From positions 147,157 to 211,156 of the forward strand of contig JBFMHM010000001.1 of the NCBI GenBank assembly GCA_040753015.1: DNA of 64,000 nucleotides, read 5' to 3'. Under the pieces are notes generated by a model that was given only the letters and a program-made list of their open reading frames with translations, searched no databases and was not told the DNA's origin. Of this stretch, positions 52,968-61,201 are shown piece after piece; position 1 is the first letter of the stretch; each line of letters starts with the position of its first letter. Made by a program: the position numbers and the translations under genes. This DNA is from Candidatus Omnitrophota bacterium. Its GTDB lineage: Bacteria; Omnitrophota; Gorgyraeia; Gygaellales; JBFMHM01.

Positions 52968-53375
52968 TTATTTTAATTCTACTTTTGCGCCTGCAGCTTC
53001 TAATTTTTTCTTTATTTCTTCAGCTTCTTCTTTAGAAACACCATCTTTAACATTCTTTGGAGCAGCATCAACTAAATCTTTTGCTTCTTTCAAACCTAAA
53101 TTAGTAATAGCCCTAATTTCCTTAATAACATTTATCTTATTTGCACCGGCATTAGCTAAAACTACTGTAAAGGTAGTTTTCTCTTCGGGTGCGCTAGCTG
53201 TGCCACCTGATGCCCCACTGCCTAATGCTGCGCCACCCATCATTGGCATAGCAGCTTGCACGCCGAATTTATCTTCCAGAGCTTTAATTAAATCTGAAAG
53301 CTCAACAACAGTTAAACCTTCAATACTTTTTGCAATATCAGCTAGTTTTCCTTCTAATTGTGATGTTTGACTCAT
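52968..53375 (-). CDS. rplL: 50S protein L7/L12
   Basis: [10 protein letters not shown]; AGAKVELK. Confidence 0.98.
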   Translation of the reverse strand: MSQTSQLEGKLADIAKSIEGLTVVELSDLIKALEDKFGVQAAMPMMGGAALGSGASGGTASAPEEKTTFTVVLANAGANKINVIKEIRAITNLGLKEAKDLVDAAPKNVKDGVSKEEAEEIKKKLEAAGAKVELK

Positions 53376-53908
53376 TTTATTCCTCCTTTATCTTTTGCTT
53401 CTTTAATTGCTTTTAATACTAAAATAACTTTTGAAATATTTTGATTTAACACGCCGGCTAATCTAAATAAAGGTGATTTTAATTGCATTACAACCTTTGC
53501 CTGCAAGTCTTTTTTAGAAGATAATTTAGACAAAGAAATAACTGCTTCTTTATCAAGAAATTTATCTTTAATCAATCCCCCTTTAATACTAAACACCTCG
53601 TGATCTTTTTGAAAATCTGTAAGGACCTTAGTAACTTTAATGGGGTCATCGTTTGTAAATACAAAAGCGCAACTGCCTAATATTATATTATTAATATTAT
53701 TATTTTTCCCTTCTAATGCTTTTCTGACTATCCTGTTTTTTGTAACAAAAACTGATGCGTTTTTATCTTTTAAAGACTGGCGCAAACTTGATACATCGCA
53801 AGCAACAATTTTGTCAAAACCAATCACAAAAAGATTCTCGTTATTTTTAAAGTTATCGCTAACTTTTTCTTTAAGTAATTTGCGGTATATTTGGCCTATT
53901 CTTTCCAT
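53372..53908 (-). CDS. rplJ: 50S protein L10
   Basis: Position between rplA and rplL; LRQSL..VTKNRI; IKGG. Confidence 0.93.
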   Translation of the reverse strand: MERIGQIYRKLLKEKVSDNFKNNENLFVIGFDKIVACDVSSLRQSLKDKNASVFVTKNRIVRKALEGKNNNINNIILGSCAFVFTNDDPIKVTKVLTDFQKDHEVFSIKGGLIKDKFLDKEAVISLSKLSSKKDLQAKVVMQLKSPLFRLAGVLNQNISKVILVLKAIKEAKDKGGIK

Positions 53909-53909
53909 T

Positions 53910-54590
53910 CTAAAGTAATAATTTTAATCCCGGCCCCATAGTAGTCGAGATTGACGCGCTTTTAATAAAATTCCCTTTTACAGATTGAGGACGAGAAGCA
54001 ATTACAGCGTCGATTATAGATTTAGCATTCTCGTTTAATTTTTCTTCTCCGAAAGAAATTTTACCTACAGATACGTGTATATCTGCTTGTTTATCTAACT
54101 TAAATTCTACTTTTCCCTTTTTAAATTCTTGTATTGCACCTGCTATATTCATAGTAACAGTTCCAGTCTTTGGAGAAGGCATTAGATTTCTTGGGCCAAG
54201 GACTTTTCCAAGCTTAGATACATCCTTCATTAAATCAGGGGTTGCAATTGCACAATCAAAACCAAGAAACCCTTTATTAACTTTTTCAATCAAATCTTCT
54301 GCTCCGATGTAATCTGCGCCTGCTTGTTTTGCCTGCTTCTCAATTTCGCCTTTACAGAATACCGCGATTTTTATCGTCTTACCTGTACCATGAGGCAAAA
54401 CTACAGTGCCTCTTATCATTTGATCGGATTTTTTAGGATCAACATTTAAATCAAAAGATAAATCAACACTTTCATTAAATTTCGCCTTTGGGCTATTTTT
54501 TAAAATTTTTATCGCCTCATCTAAAGAATATAATTTTGTACGATCTATATCTTTATATGCTGCGTTAATTCTTTTAGCTGATTTTGCCAT
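53910..54590 (-). CDS. rplA: 50S protein L1
   Basis: RGTVVLPHGTGK; LGPRNLMPSPK; STTMGPG; start set at MAKSA. Confidence 0.98.
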   Translation of the reverse strand: MAKSAKRINAAYKDIDRTKLYSLDEAIKILKNSPKAKFNESVDLSFDLNVDPKKSDQMIRGTVVLPHGTGKTIKIAVFCKGEIEKQAKQAGADYIGAEDLIEKVNKGFLGFDCAIATPDLMKDVSKLGKVLGPRNLMPSPKTGTVTMNIAGAIQEFKKGKVEFKLDKQADIHVSVGKISFGEEKLNENAKSIIDAVIASRPQSVKGNFIKSASISTTMGPGLKLLL

Positions 54591-54591
54591 C

Positions 54592-55020
54592 TTAACCTTC
54601 AACCGTAATACCCATAGAACGGGCAGTCCCTTCAATTATTTTTATTGCTTGATCTAAATTCTTAGTATTTAAATCTTGCATCTTTTGTTTTGCAATTTCA
54701 ATTATTTGTTTACGATTTACAGATGCAATCTTTTCTTTACCAGCTTGCCCAGATGCTTTTGCTAAATTACAAACCCTCTTTAATAATACCGATGATGGCG
54801 GAGTTTTAATTATAAAATCGAAACTCTTATCTTGATAAACATTAATTATAACGGGTAAGATTAAACCACCTTTATCTTTTGTCTGCTCGTTAAATGATTT
54901 ACAAAATTGCATAATGTTAACGCCGTGCTGGCCAAGCGCCGGGCCAACAGGAGGCGCAGGATTTGCCGCACCTGCGGGAACATGAAGTTTTACTATTGCT
55001 GTTACTGGTTTTTTTGCCAT
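54592..55020 (-). CDS. rplK: 50S protein L11
   Basis: [18 protein letters not shown]; GTARSMG. Confidence 0.98.
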   Translation of the reverse strand: MAKKPVTAIVKLHVPAGAANPAPPVGPALGQHGVNIMQFCKSFNEQTKDKGGLILPVIINVYQDKSFDFIIKTPPSSVLLKRVCNLAKASGQAGKEKIASVNRKQIIEIAKQKMQDLNTKNLDQAIKIIEGTARSMGITVEG

Positions 55021-55023
55021 TCT

Positions 55024-55557
55024 TTATACCTTCTCAACTTGCCAATATTCTAGCTCTACTGGCGTAGATCTGCCAAAAATTGAAACACTAGCTTTTAACT
55101 TGCCTTTATCCGGGCTAACCTCTTCAATAACACCACTGAAATTCACAAATGGCCCATTAGTTATTCTTATTGCTTCGCCCTTTGCAAAGATTACTTTTGG
55201 CGCAGGCTTAGATTCAGATACAACACTTTTTCTCTTAATTTCTTCTACTTCTTTATCTCCCAGCGGCGAAGGTTTTTTACCCATACCAATAAAACCTGTT
55301 ACACCGGAAGTATTTTTAACAACCAAATATGTCTCTTCGTTTAATTCCAGCTCAACTAAAATATAACCCGGAAAAAATTTTCTTTTAGAAATAGATTTCT
55401 TTCCATGGCGGATTTCCGCAATCTGTTCAGTAGGAATAAGTATCTGGCCAATGTAATCTTTTAATCCTGGCGTAGAAAAACTTTTTTCTAATTTTGATTT
55501 TACTTTATCTTCTAAACCGGTTTGTGTATGAACAATATACCACTTCTTCATTATCAT
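55024..55557 (-). CDS. nusG: Transcription factor NusG
   Basis: WYIVHT; FFPGYILV; IFGRSTPVEL. Confidence 0.97.
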   Translation of the reverse strand: MIMKKWYIVHTQTGLEDKVKSKLEKSFSTPGLKDYIGQILIPTEQIAEIRHGKKSISKRKFFPGYILVELELNEETYLVVKNTSGVTGFIGMGKKPSPLGDKEVEEIKRKSVVSESKPAPKVIFAKGEAIRITNGPFVNFSGVIEEVSPDKGKLKASVSIFGRSTPVELEYWQVEKV

Positions 55558-55745
55558 TATCTTTTAATCATTAAACTTAATGCCTTTGAAAAAGTAAGAT
55601 CTAATATACCTATATATATAGCAAGAAATGCCGTGCTTATAATTATAATCATCGTTGAAGCCTTAAGCTCATCCTTCGTTGACCAAGAAACTTTACTAAG
55701 CTCGACCTTAACTTCAGTAACAAATTTTTTTATTTTAGCAAACAT
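55557..55745 (-). CDS. secE: SecE
   Basis: ELSKVSWS plus TM helix, upstream of nusG. Confidence 0.93.
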   Translation of the reverse strand: MFAKIKKFVTEVKVELSKVSWSTKDELKASTMIIIISTAFLAIYIGILDLTFSKALSLMIKR

Positions 55746-55793
55746 TTATTTTCTTTCAATTATCCCTTTATTAATTAGCCGCATTAAATTTAA

Positions 55794-55864
55794 CAGGAGC
55801 GGCAGGGCTCGAACCTGCAGTCCTGGTTTTGGAGACCAGTGGTTTCCCATTAACCGACGCTCCT
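55794..55864 (-). tRNA. tRNA-Trp(CCA)
   Basis: aggagcg acceptor; ctggt-ctCCAaa-accag anticodon arm; ggttcgag T-loop; CCA end not encoded. Confidence 0.95.
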
Positions 55865-55879
55865 AACAGGCTGCCCTTA

Positions 55880-56029
55880 CTATTTTATTTCTTTATGCTG
55901 TGTATGCTTATGACAAAATTTACAAAACTTTTTTAATTCTAATCTACCAACTTGTTTCTTTTTATTTCTTGTATTAGTATAATTTCTATTTTTACAATCT
56001 GAACATTCTAAAGTTATAATTTCTCGCAT
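55880..56029 (-). CDS. rpmG: 50S protein L33, Zn type (not in ORF track)
   Basis: Manual translation [49 protein letters not shown]. Confidence 0.97.
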   Translation of the reverse strand: MREIITLECSDCKNRNYTNTRNKKKQVGRLELKKFCKFCHKHTQHKEIK

Positions 56030-56049
56030 TTTTTTATTTTTATTTTTTA

Positions 56050-56122
56050 AGCTGGAGACGGGAATCGAACCCGTGACCCCGTCCTTACCAAGGACGTGCT
56101 CTGCCGACTGAGCTACCCCAGC
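56050..56122 (-). tRNA. tRNA-Thr(GGT)
   Basis: gctgggg..tagctcagtcggcagagc; cgtcc-ttGGTaa-ggacg; ggttcgattc; CCA end not encoded. Confidence 0.96.
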
Positions 56123-56195
56123 GCAAGATATTTAATCTTACGCATATATAATAATTATCTTAAGTTATTTATTACGGGGGAGCAATAAAATAAGT

Positions 56196-56224
56196 AGTAT
56201 AATTGATTGGTAAATAGTTGTCAA
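56196..56224 (-). promoter_or_regulatory. Near-consensus sigma70 promoter of the tRNA/ribosomal supercluster
   Basis: TTGACA-17 nt-TATACT with an AT-rich tract upstream. Confidence 0.8.
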
Positions 56225-56261
56225 GATAAATTTTGATAAATTTTGAAATTATTATAAAAAA

Positions 56262-56612
56262 TTAATATGTTATTTGCACAGCTAAAGATCTGTTATTTAA
56301 GGGACTCTGGCTATTATAATTAATATCAGCAGAAATCATATTATTTCCAGCTATCTGTTCATCTTCGCGATTACGCACTATCGGGTCACCTTCGAGCGAA
56401 TCAACATTGAAATTAGGATTTATTCTCAATCCATCAATAGCGCGCCACATTAAACCTTCAGCAGTGTACATTGCTTTTATACGTCTTACCTGGCTTTCTA
56501 CAAGTCGAGCCTGAGAAGTCATAAGAGTCAAAGAAACCCCCGCGATAATTGTAAGTATAGTTATAGAAATAAGTACAGTAACTAATGCTATAGCTTTTTT
56601 ATTATTTTGCAT
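56262..56612 (-). CDS. Pilin-like protein (PilX/GspK-type N-terminus)
   Basis: Basic leader NKKA then hydrophobic IALVTVLISITILTIIA; AMYTAEG resembles the PilX-N A.Y.AE.G motif. Confidence 0.6.
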   Translation of the reverse strand: MQNNKKAIALVTVLISITILTIIAGVSLTLMTSQARLVESQVRRIKAMYTAEGLMWRAIDGLRINPNFNVDSLEGDPIVRNREDEQIAGNNMISADINYNSQSPLNNRSLAVQITY

Positions 56613-56821
56613 TAATTCTCCTGTTTTCTTAAAATAACTTTGTAACTATTCACATGCTGCCTCAAGACTACATGGCCTTCTCTTGCAAGCCAGCCTAACC
56701 CCATCAATATAGTATCTCGCGGTTTATCTATAGATGAACAAATTGTATTGAATTCCGACTCTCCGTGTTCATCTAGATATCGCCATATCTCACCGGCAAC
56801 AATCCCTATCTCAGTAATCAT
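56612..56821 (-). CDS. Small winged-helix protein (DUF2582-like)
   Basis: IGIVAGEIWRYL..MGLGWLAREG. Confidence 0.85.
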   Translation of the reverse strand: MITEIGIVAGEIWRYLDEHGESEFNTICSSIDKPRDTILMGLGWLAREGHVVLRQHVNSYKVILRKQEN

Positions 56822-57048
56822 TTTTCTTCCCCTCCTTTATAATAACTTTTACACCGCGGACAGATTAATGAATTCTCTTTTTGATCTATCTGCCAAATAT
56901 GCATACAAATATCACAAGCTGCGTAACTTTGCTTTCTAGTAGCCTGCCTGCTTTGTTTTAAAAAAGAAAGTAACCATAATATAATAAATAATCCGATAAA
57001 TAAAAAAATATAGATCCCGGCAAATACTGAAAAATTAATTTTTAACAT
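56818..57048 (-). CDS. Small membrane protein with a Zn ribbon
   Basis: N-terminal TM; CDIC..CPRC; overlaps both neighbours. Confidence 0.7.
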   Translation of the reverse strand: MLKINFSVFAGIYIFLFIGLFIILWLLSFLKQSRQATRKQSYAACDICMHIWQIDQKENSLICPRCKSYYKGGEEK

Positions 57049-57655
57049 TAATCAGCTCACACAAATTTATTTTTTTAATCTTTGGGTTTTTGCTAAATCC
57101 AGGATAAAAAATATAATTTAAACAATGTTCCCGAATTAATAAATCCGACTCAAGACTACCGGTTGATTCCAACCTTTGGACAAATTCAACTCTGCCGTTT
57201 TTTGCTATATCCAATCTAACTTTCATAAAATTCGACGGGATATTATTATTCAAAGAAAGCAAAGTTTGTTTTTTTATTGGTTCATATATCAAAGAGCTTG
57301 ATAATTTATATTTATTAATTATATCATTTTCTTTATGCTTTGCTAAAAAAATATTTTTTTCTAAATACTTATCTGTAATTATTGGTTTTTTTATTTTTGA
57401 ACCTACGTATAGATTATCAAAGGAAACATTTATTTTTTTTATAAAAAAATCATCTAGCATTAAATTTCTTTCTTGCCTAATATTTTTACTAGAAATATTT
57501 GAATTTAAAAAATCAATTTTTGATAAGAATGACCCTAAGAACCTGACTTCGTAATGTCTTGAATATGTGTCTGGCAGACTAAATCCGATTATTATAAAAC
57601 ATATACTATGGCAAACTAAAGATATAATAATAGCACTCTTAAATAAATGCGCCAT
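57035..57655 (-). CDS. Divergent TonB/TolA-like protein
   Basis: TM with SLVCH (S-x3-H); C-terminal IAKNGRV..STGSLESDL resembles TonB-C; follows exbD. Confidence 0.6.
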   Translation of the reverse strand: MAHLFKSAIIISLVCHSICFIIIGFSLPDTYSRHYEVRFLGSFLSKIDFLNSNISSKNIRQERNLMLDDFFIKKINVSFDNLYVGSKIKKPIITDKYLEKNIFLAKHKENDIINKYKLSSSLIYEPIKKQTLLSLNNNIPSNFMKVRLDIAKNGRVEFVQRLESTGSLESDLLIREHCLNYIFYPGFSKNPKIKKINLCELINVKN

Positions 57656-57658
57656 ATA

Positions 57659-58054
57659 TTAATATGTAGTTGCAATATTTAGCTGTTCGATCCCCGAATC
57701 CCGGCAAATATCCCAAACCTCTACAACTCTACCCAAAGACACTCTCTTGTCTGCTTTTATCAAAACAGTTGAATTCTTGCCAAGTTTTTTTAAAAATTCT
57801 TTTAATTCATTAATACTAAATATTTTATTTTCTAAATAAATTATATTCTCGCTAGAAATCATTATAATTATATTTTTATCTTGTAATATAGAACTCGTTA
57901 CGGCTTTGGGTAATTTAACTTTAATCCCCGGCTGAACTACAAAATTAGATGTCAAAAGAAAAAATATTAAAAGCTGAAATACTACATCCACAAGCGGAGC
58001 AATGTCAATTTGCTTTAAACCATGTTCTAGATGTAATCTGCTTCTAAAATGCAT
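57659..58054 (-). CDS. exbD: ExbD/TolR
   Basis: IDIAPLVDVVFQLLIFFLL; IKADK. Confidence 0.9.
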   Translation of the reverse strand: MHFRSRLHLEHGLKQIDIAPLVDVVFQLLIFFLLTSNFVVQPGIKVKLPKAVTSSILQDKNIIIMISSENIIYLENKIFSINELKEFLKKLGKNSTVLIKADKRVSLGRVVEVWDICRDSGIEQLNIATTY

Positions 58055-58059
58055 ACTAT

Positions 58060-58662
58060 TTATTTAAGTAAAAAATTAACTAATTCGGTTGAGCTACGCT
58101 CCATCTCAACAATATAATGCTTCACCTTTGTTACCATAAAGTTATAAGCAACGTATGCCGGAATAGCAACAATTAGCCCGGCAACTGTTGTAATTAATGC
58201 CTCCCAAATACCGCCGGCTAGATCTACCGGGTTTACCGCAACTGCCTTCGCTTCAATCGTCTGAAAACACCTGACCATACCGGTAACTGTTCCAAGCAAT
58301 CCTAAAAGCGGAGATATATGAGCAAGTGTAGCAAGAAAGGATAGGTTTTTTTCTAAATTAGGTATTTCAAAACTTGCAGCATCTTCAATTGCTTCTCTAA
58401 TATCTTCCTTATTATGATCATATTTTAGGATCCCTGCCTTAAGAATTTTTGCAATAGGCGAAGGAGTCCTGTCGCATATATCTATAGCTTCTCTTATTTG
58501 ATGTTTAATTAATTTATCCTTAATTAAATTTAAAAAATTATCTCCATCAATCTTTATCAAACTGAAATAGATAAGGCGCTCGAGAATTATAGCAAAAGCA
58601 AGCACTGAACATAGTATAATAGGCCACATTACTACCCCGCCTTTGATAATCCAATCCCACAT
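58060..58662 (-). CDS. exbB: ExbB/TolQ/MotA
   Basis: SPLLGLLGTVTGMV; GGIWEALITT; start set at MWDW behind SD ggagg. Confidence 0.9.
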   Translation of the reverse strand: MWDWIIKGGVVMWPIILCSVLAFAIILERLIYFSLIKIDGDNFLNLIKDKLIKHQIREAIDICDRTPSPIAKILKAGILKYDHNKEDIREAIEDAASFEIPNLEKNLSFLATLAHISPLLGLLGTVTGMVRCFQTIEAKAVAVNPVDLAGGIWEALITTVAGLIVAIPAYVAYNFMVTKVKHYIVEMERSSTELVNFLLK

Positions 58663-58720
58663 ACAATCCTCCCAATTTTTTAATAACAACTATTAATTAT
58701 AGCTTAAAAAAAGAATAAAT

Positions 58721-61201
58721 CTATTTATTCTTTAATAAACTATTGATCCAATTAATTTTTTCTTTTGCAAATTTTGCTTCTTCAAAATCCATACCCGATA
58801 TTTTATTATAAATATTCTTTGCTTGAAGCCATTCTTCTTTTTCTTCAAATAACTTTGCTGCGCGAAGCAAAGATTTCAAAACTAGCACCCTATCATCAGA
58901 ATAGCTATAACTTATTGATAGATATTCTTTTATTGCACTAGAAAAATCTTCTTTTTCTTCAAAGCATTCGGCGATTTGAAATTCAATATAAGGATCGACA
59001 ACCTGATCCTGCAGTTTTCGATAAATTTCCATAGCTTTATCGGTATTATTTTGTTTTCGGTATACATCAGCAAGCTTCAGATAGATTAATTTAGAAAATT
59101 CACTATTATACTCAAGCAATCTACTGTATTCTTGTACGGCTTCCTTAGTCTTACCCTCTTCAGCTTTAATATCAATTAAAGCAATTTGCGCAAGAACTGA
59201 GTTTTTATCTCTATAATCTGCCTTAAGTTTAATAAATATTTTTTTCGCTTCATCAAGATTACCTTCTTGTACATAGGAATATCCGATGTTGTAATAACTT
59301 TCTGAAATAAGCGGGCTTTTCGGATATTTTTCAATTAGACTAAAAAAATATCTACGCGCAAAACTAAACTTAAGTTCTTTTAGAAAATATTCTCCCAGCC
59401 AAAACAAGACATCATCAGCTAAGAATGAATCGGGATAGCGTGCGTTTAAGGCACGGAACCGCCTGAGCGCTTCTTTTTCATCGGAAAGCCTAAGATAGCA
59501 ATCAGCAAGCTCGTATTCCGTTTTGACTAATAAATCATTATCTAGTTTTTTTTCTTTTAAAAGATTTTTAAATATCCTAATAGCTTCGGTAAAATTGGAT
59601 TGGTTATAAAAACTAATACCTGCTAAATATAATGCTTCATACCTTAATTTGCTATCAGGAAAATCCTGATATAAGCTTAAGAAACATTCTTTACTTTTTA
59701 AAAAATCCCCTTCTTTAAAATAAGTGAGGCCTAAAGAATATAAACCTGAATCTCTTAATTTAGAATTTGGAAAATCAGAAATAAGCTTACTAAATGCCAA
59801 AATAGCAGAATCATATTTTTCGGATTTTAATAATGCTACGCCCAATTGATATTGAACATAGTCACTGTAAAAATTATCCGGATAATCCTTAAGAATTTTA
59901 TCATACTTTTCTATTGCTTCGTCAAAATCACCTTGATCCTGATAGGTATCAGCTAATTGACATAATGCGCTTACCTTAATCACTTTATTCGAAGACTCTT
60001 TAATTACTTTTTGAAATTCAGTAATTGCATCTTTAAAATTACCCAACTTTAGATATACCCATGCAAGGCCGTAATACAACTTATCGAGATCAAAACTAGA
60101 TTTATCTGAAAATTTCTTAAGCGCATCCCTATAAACCGAAACTGCCTCGTTAAACCTTGAAGAATTATATAAAAGCTCTCCCTTTGCAACATATGCTTCG
60201 AATAAAACATTATTATCTTTTGATCCAATAATAAGCGAATCGAATAAATCCTTTGCCTCATCTACTTTTTGGGTCTTTGAATAAAGAACTGCTCTACCTA
60301 AAATTAAGCTTTCCTTATTTTTTTGTTCCAAAATTTCCTTATTTACTTTTGCAAATGCTTTATCAGCATCATCAAATTTTTCATTTTTTAAATAAATCCA
60401 ACCAAGGCCTAAATTGCTGCATGATTCTAAAAACTCATCTCCTTGATTAATATTTAAACATAAATTGAAGTCTCTAACCGCATCGCTTAAATTACCTAAA
60501 TAATAATTTAATTCTGCTCGATAATAATAGATATAATTTAATTTTTTGCTTTTAGAATATATTTCTAGAAATTCATTAATGGATAAAGAAAGGTTTTTAA
60601 AATCTTTCAGATTATAAAAACTCTCAATTATTTTAAAACTCGCCTCTTGAGATAACGGCGAATCGGGAAACTGTTCTTTTATATATGTAAAAATATTAAT
60701 TGCATCTTTATAGTTATCATTTATATAAGCACAGAATCCATTAGAATAATAAGCATCGGCTCTATATTTTGATTGAGGAAATTCGAAAATTAATTTTTGA
60801 TAATAATACGAAGCATTCTTGTAATCTCTTGTTTTAAAATATGTTTCGGCAATCCAATATAAAATTTCATCTCTTATTGTATTTGCCTCGGCTATACCCA
60901 TAATCCTTTGGAATTTGTCCAAGCTTTCTTGATATCTTTTCTGAAAAAAAAGAGATTTTGCAATATAGAGCGATACGGCTAATTTCTGGTTACTGTAGGG
61001 ATAATCGATCAGAAATTCTTCAAATAAATTAAGCGAAGTATCATAGAATCCATCTTCGAATGCTTTTTGTGCTACAAAAAAATCTTTTTCCTCCTGTGGT
61101 AAATTCTGAGCGAATGAATGTAGAGACCTTATATTTTGAATCTCTATAAAAATAAATAATAGAATAAAAATTATAAAAAATCTTCGAATGCTAACCATCA
61201 T
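58721..61201 (-). CDS. Large exported TPR protein (CpoB/BamD-like repeats)
   Basis: Signal-like N-terminus; many TPRs ending (F/Y)P.S. Confidence 0.85.
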   Translation of the reverse strand: MMVSIRRFFIIFILLFIFIEIQNIRSLHSFAQNLPQEEKDFFVAQKAFEDGFYDTSLNLFEEFLIDYPYSNQKLAVSLYIAKSLFFQKRYQESLDKFQRIMGIAEANTIRDEILYWIAETYFKTRDYKNASYYYQKLIFEFPQSKYRADAYYSNGFCAYINDNYKDAINIFTYIKEQFPDSPLSQEASFKIIESFYNLKDFKNLSLSINEFLEIYSKSKKLNYIYYYRAELNYYLGNLSDAVRDFNLCLNINQGDEFLESCSNLGLGWIYLKNEKFDDADKAFAKVNKEILEQKNKESLILGRAVLYSKTQKVDEAKDLFDSLIIGSKDNNVLFEAYVAKGELLYNSSRFNEAVSVYRDALKKFSDKSSFDLDKLYYGLAWVYLKLGNFKDAITEFQKVIKESSNKVIKVSALCQLADTYQDQGDFDEAIEKYDKILKDYPDNFYSDYVQYQLGVALLKSEKYDSAILAFSKLISDFPNSKLRDSGLYSLGLTYFKEGDFLKSKECFLSLYQDFPDSKLRYEALYLAGISFYNQSNFTEAIRIFKNLLKEKKLDNDLLVKTEYELADCYLRLSDEKEALRRFRALNARYPDSFLADDVLFWLGEYFLKELKFSFARRYFFSLIEKYPKSPLISESYYNIGYSYVQEGNLDEAKKIFIKLKADYRDKNSVLAQIALIDIKAEEGKTKEAVQEYSRLLEYNSEFSKLIYLKLADVYRKQNNTDKAMEIYRKLQDQVVDPYIEFQIAECFEEKEDFSSAIKEYLSISYSYSDDRVLVLKSLLRAAKLFEEKEEWLQAKNIYNKISGMDFEEAKFAKEKINWINSLLKNK

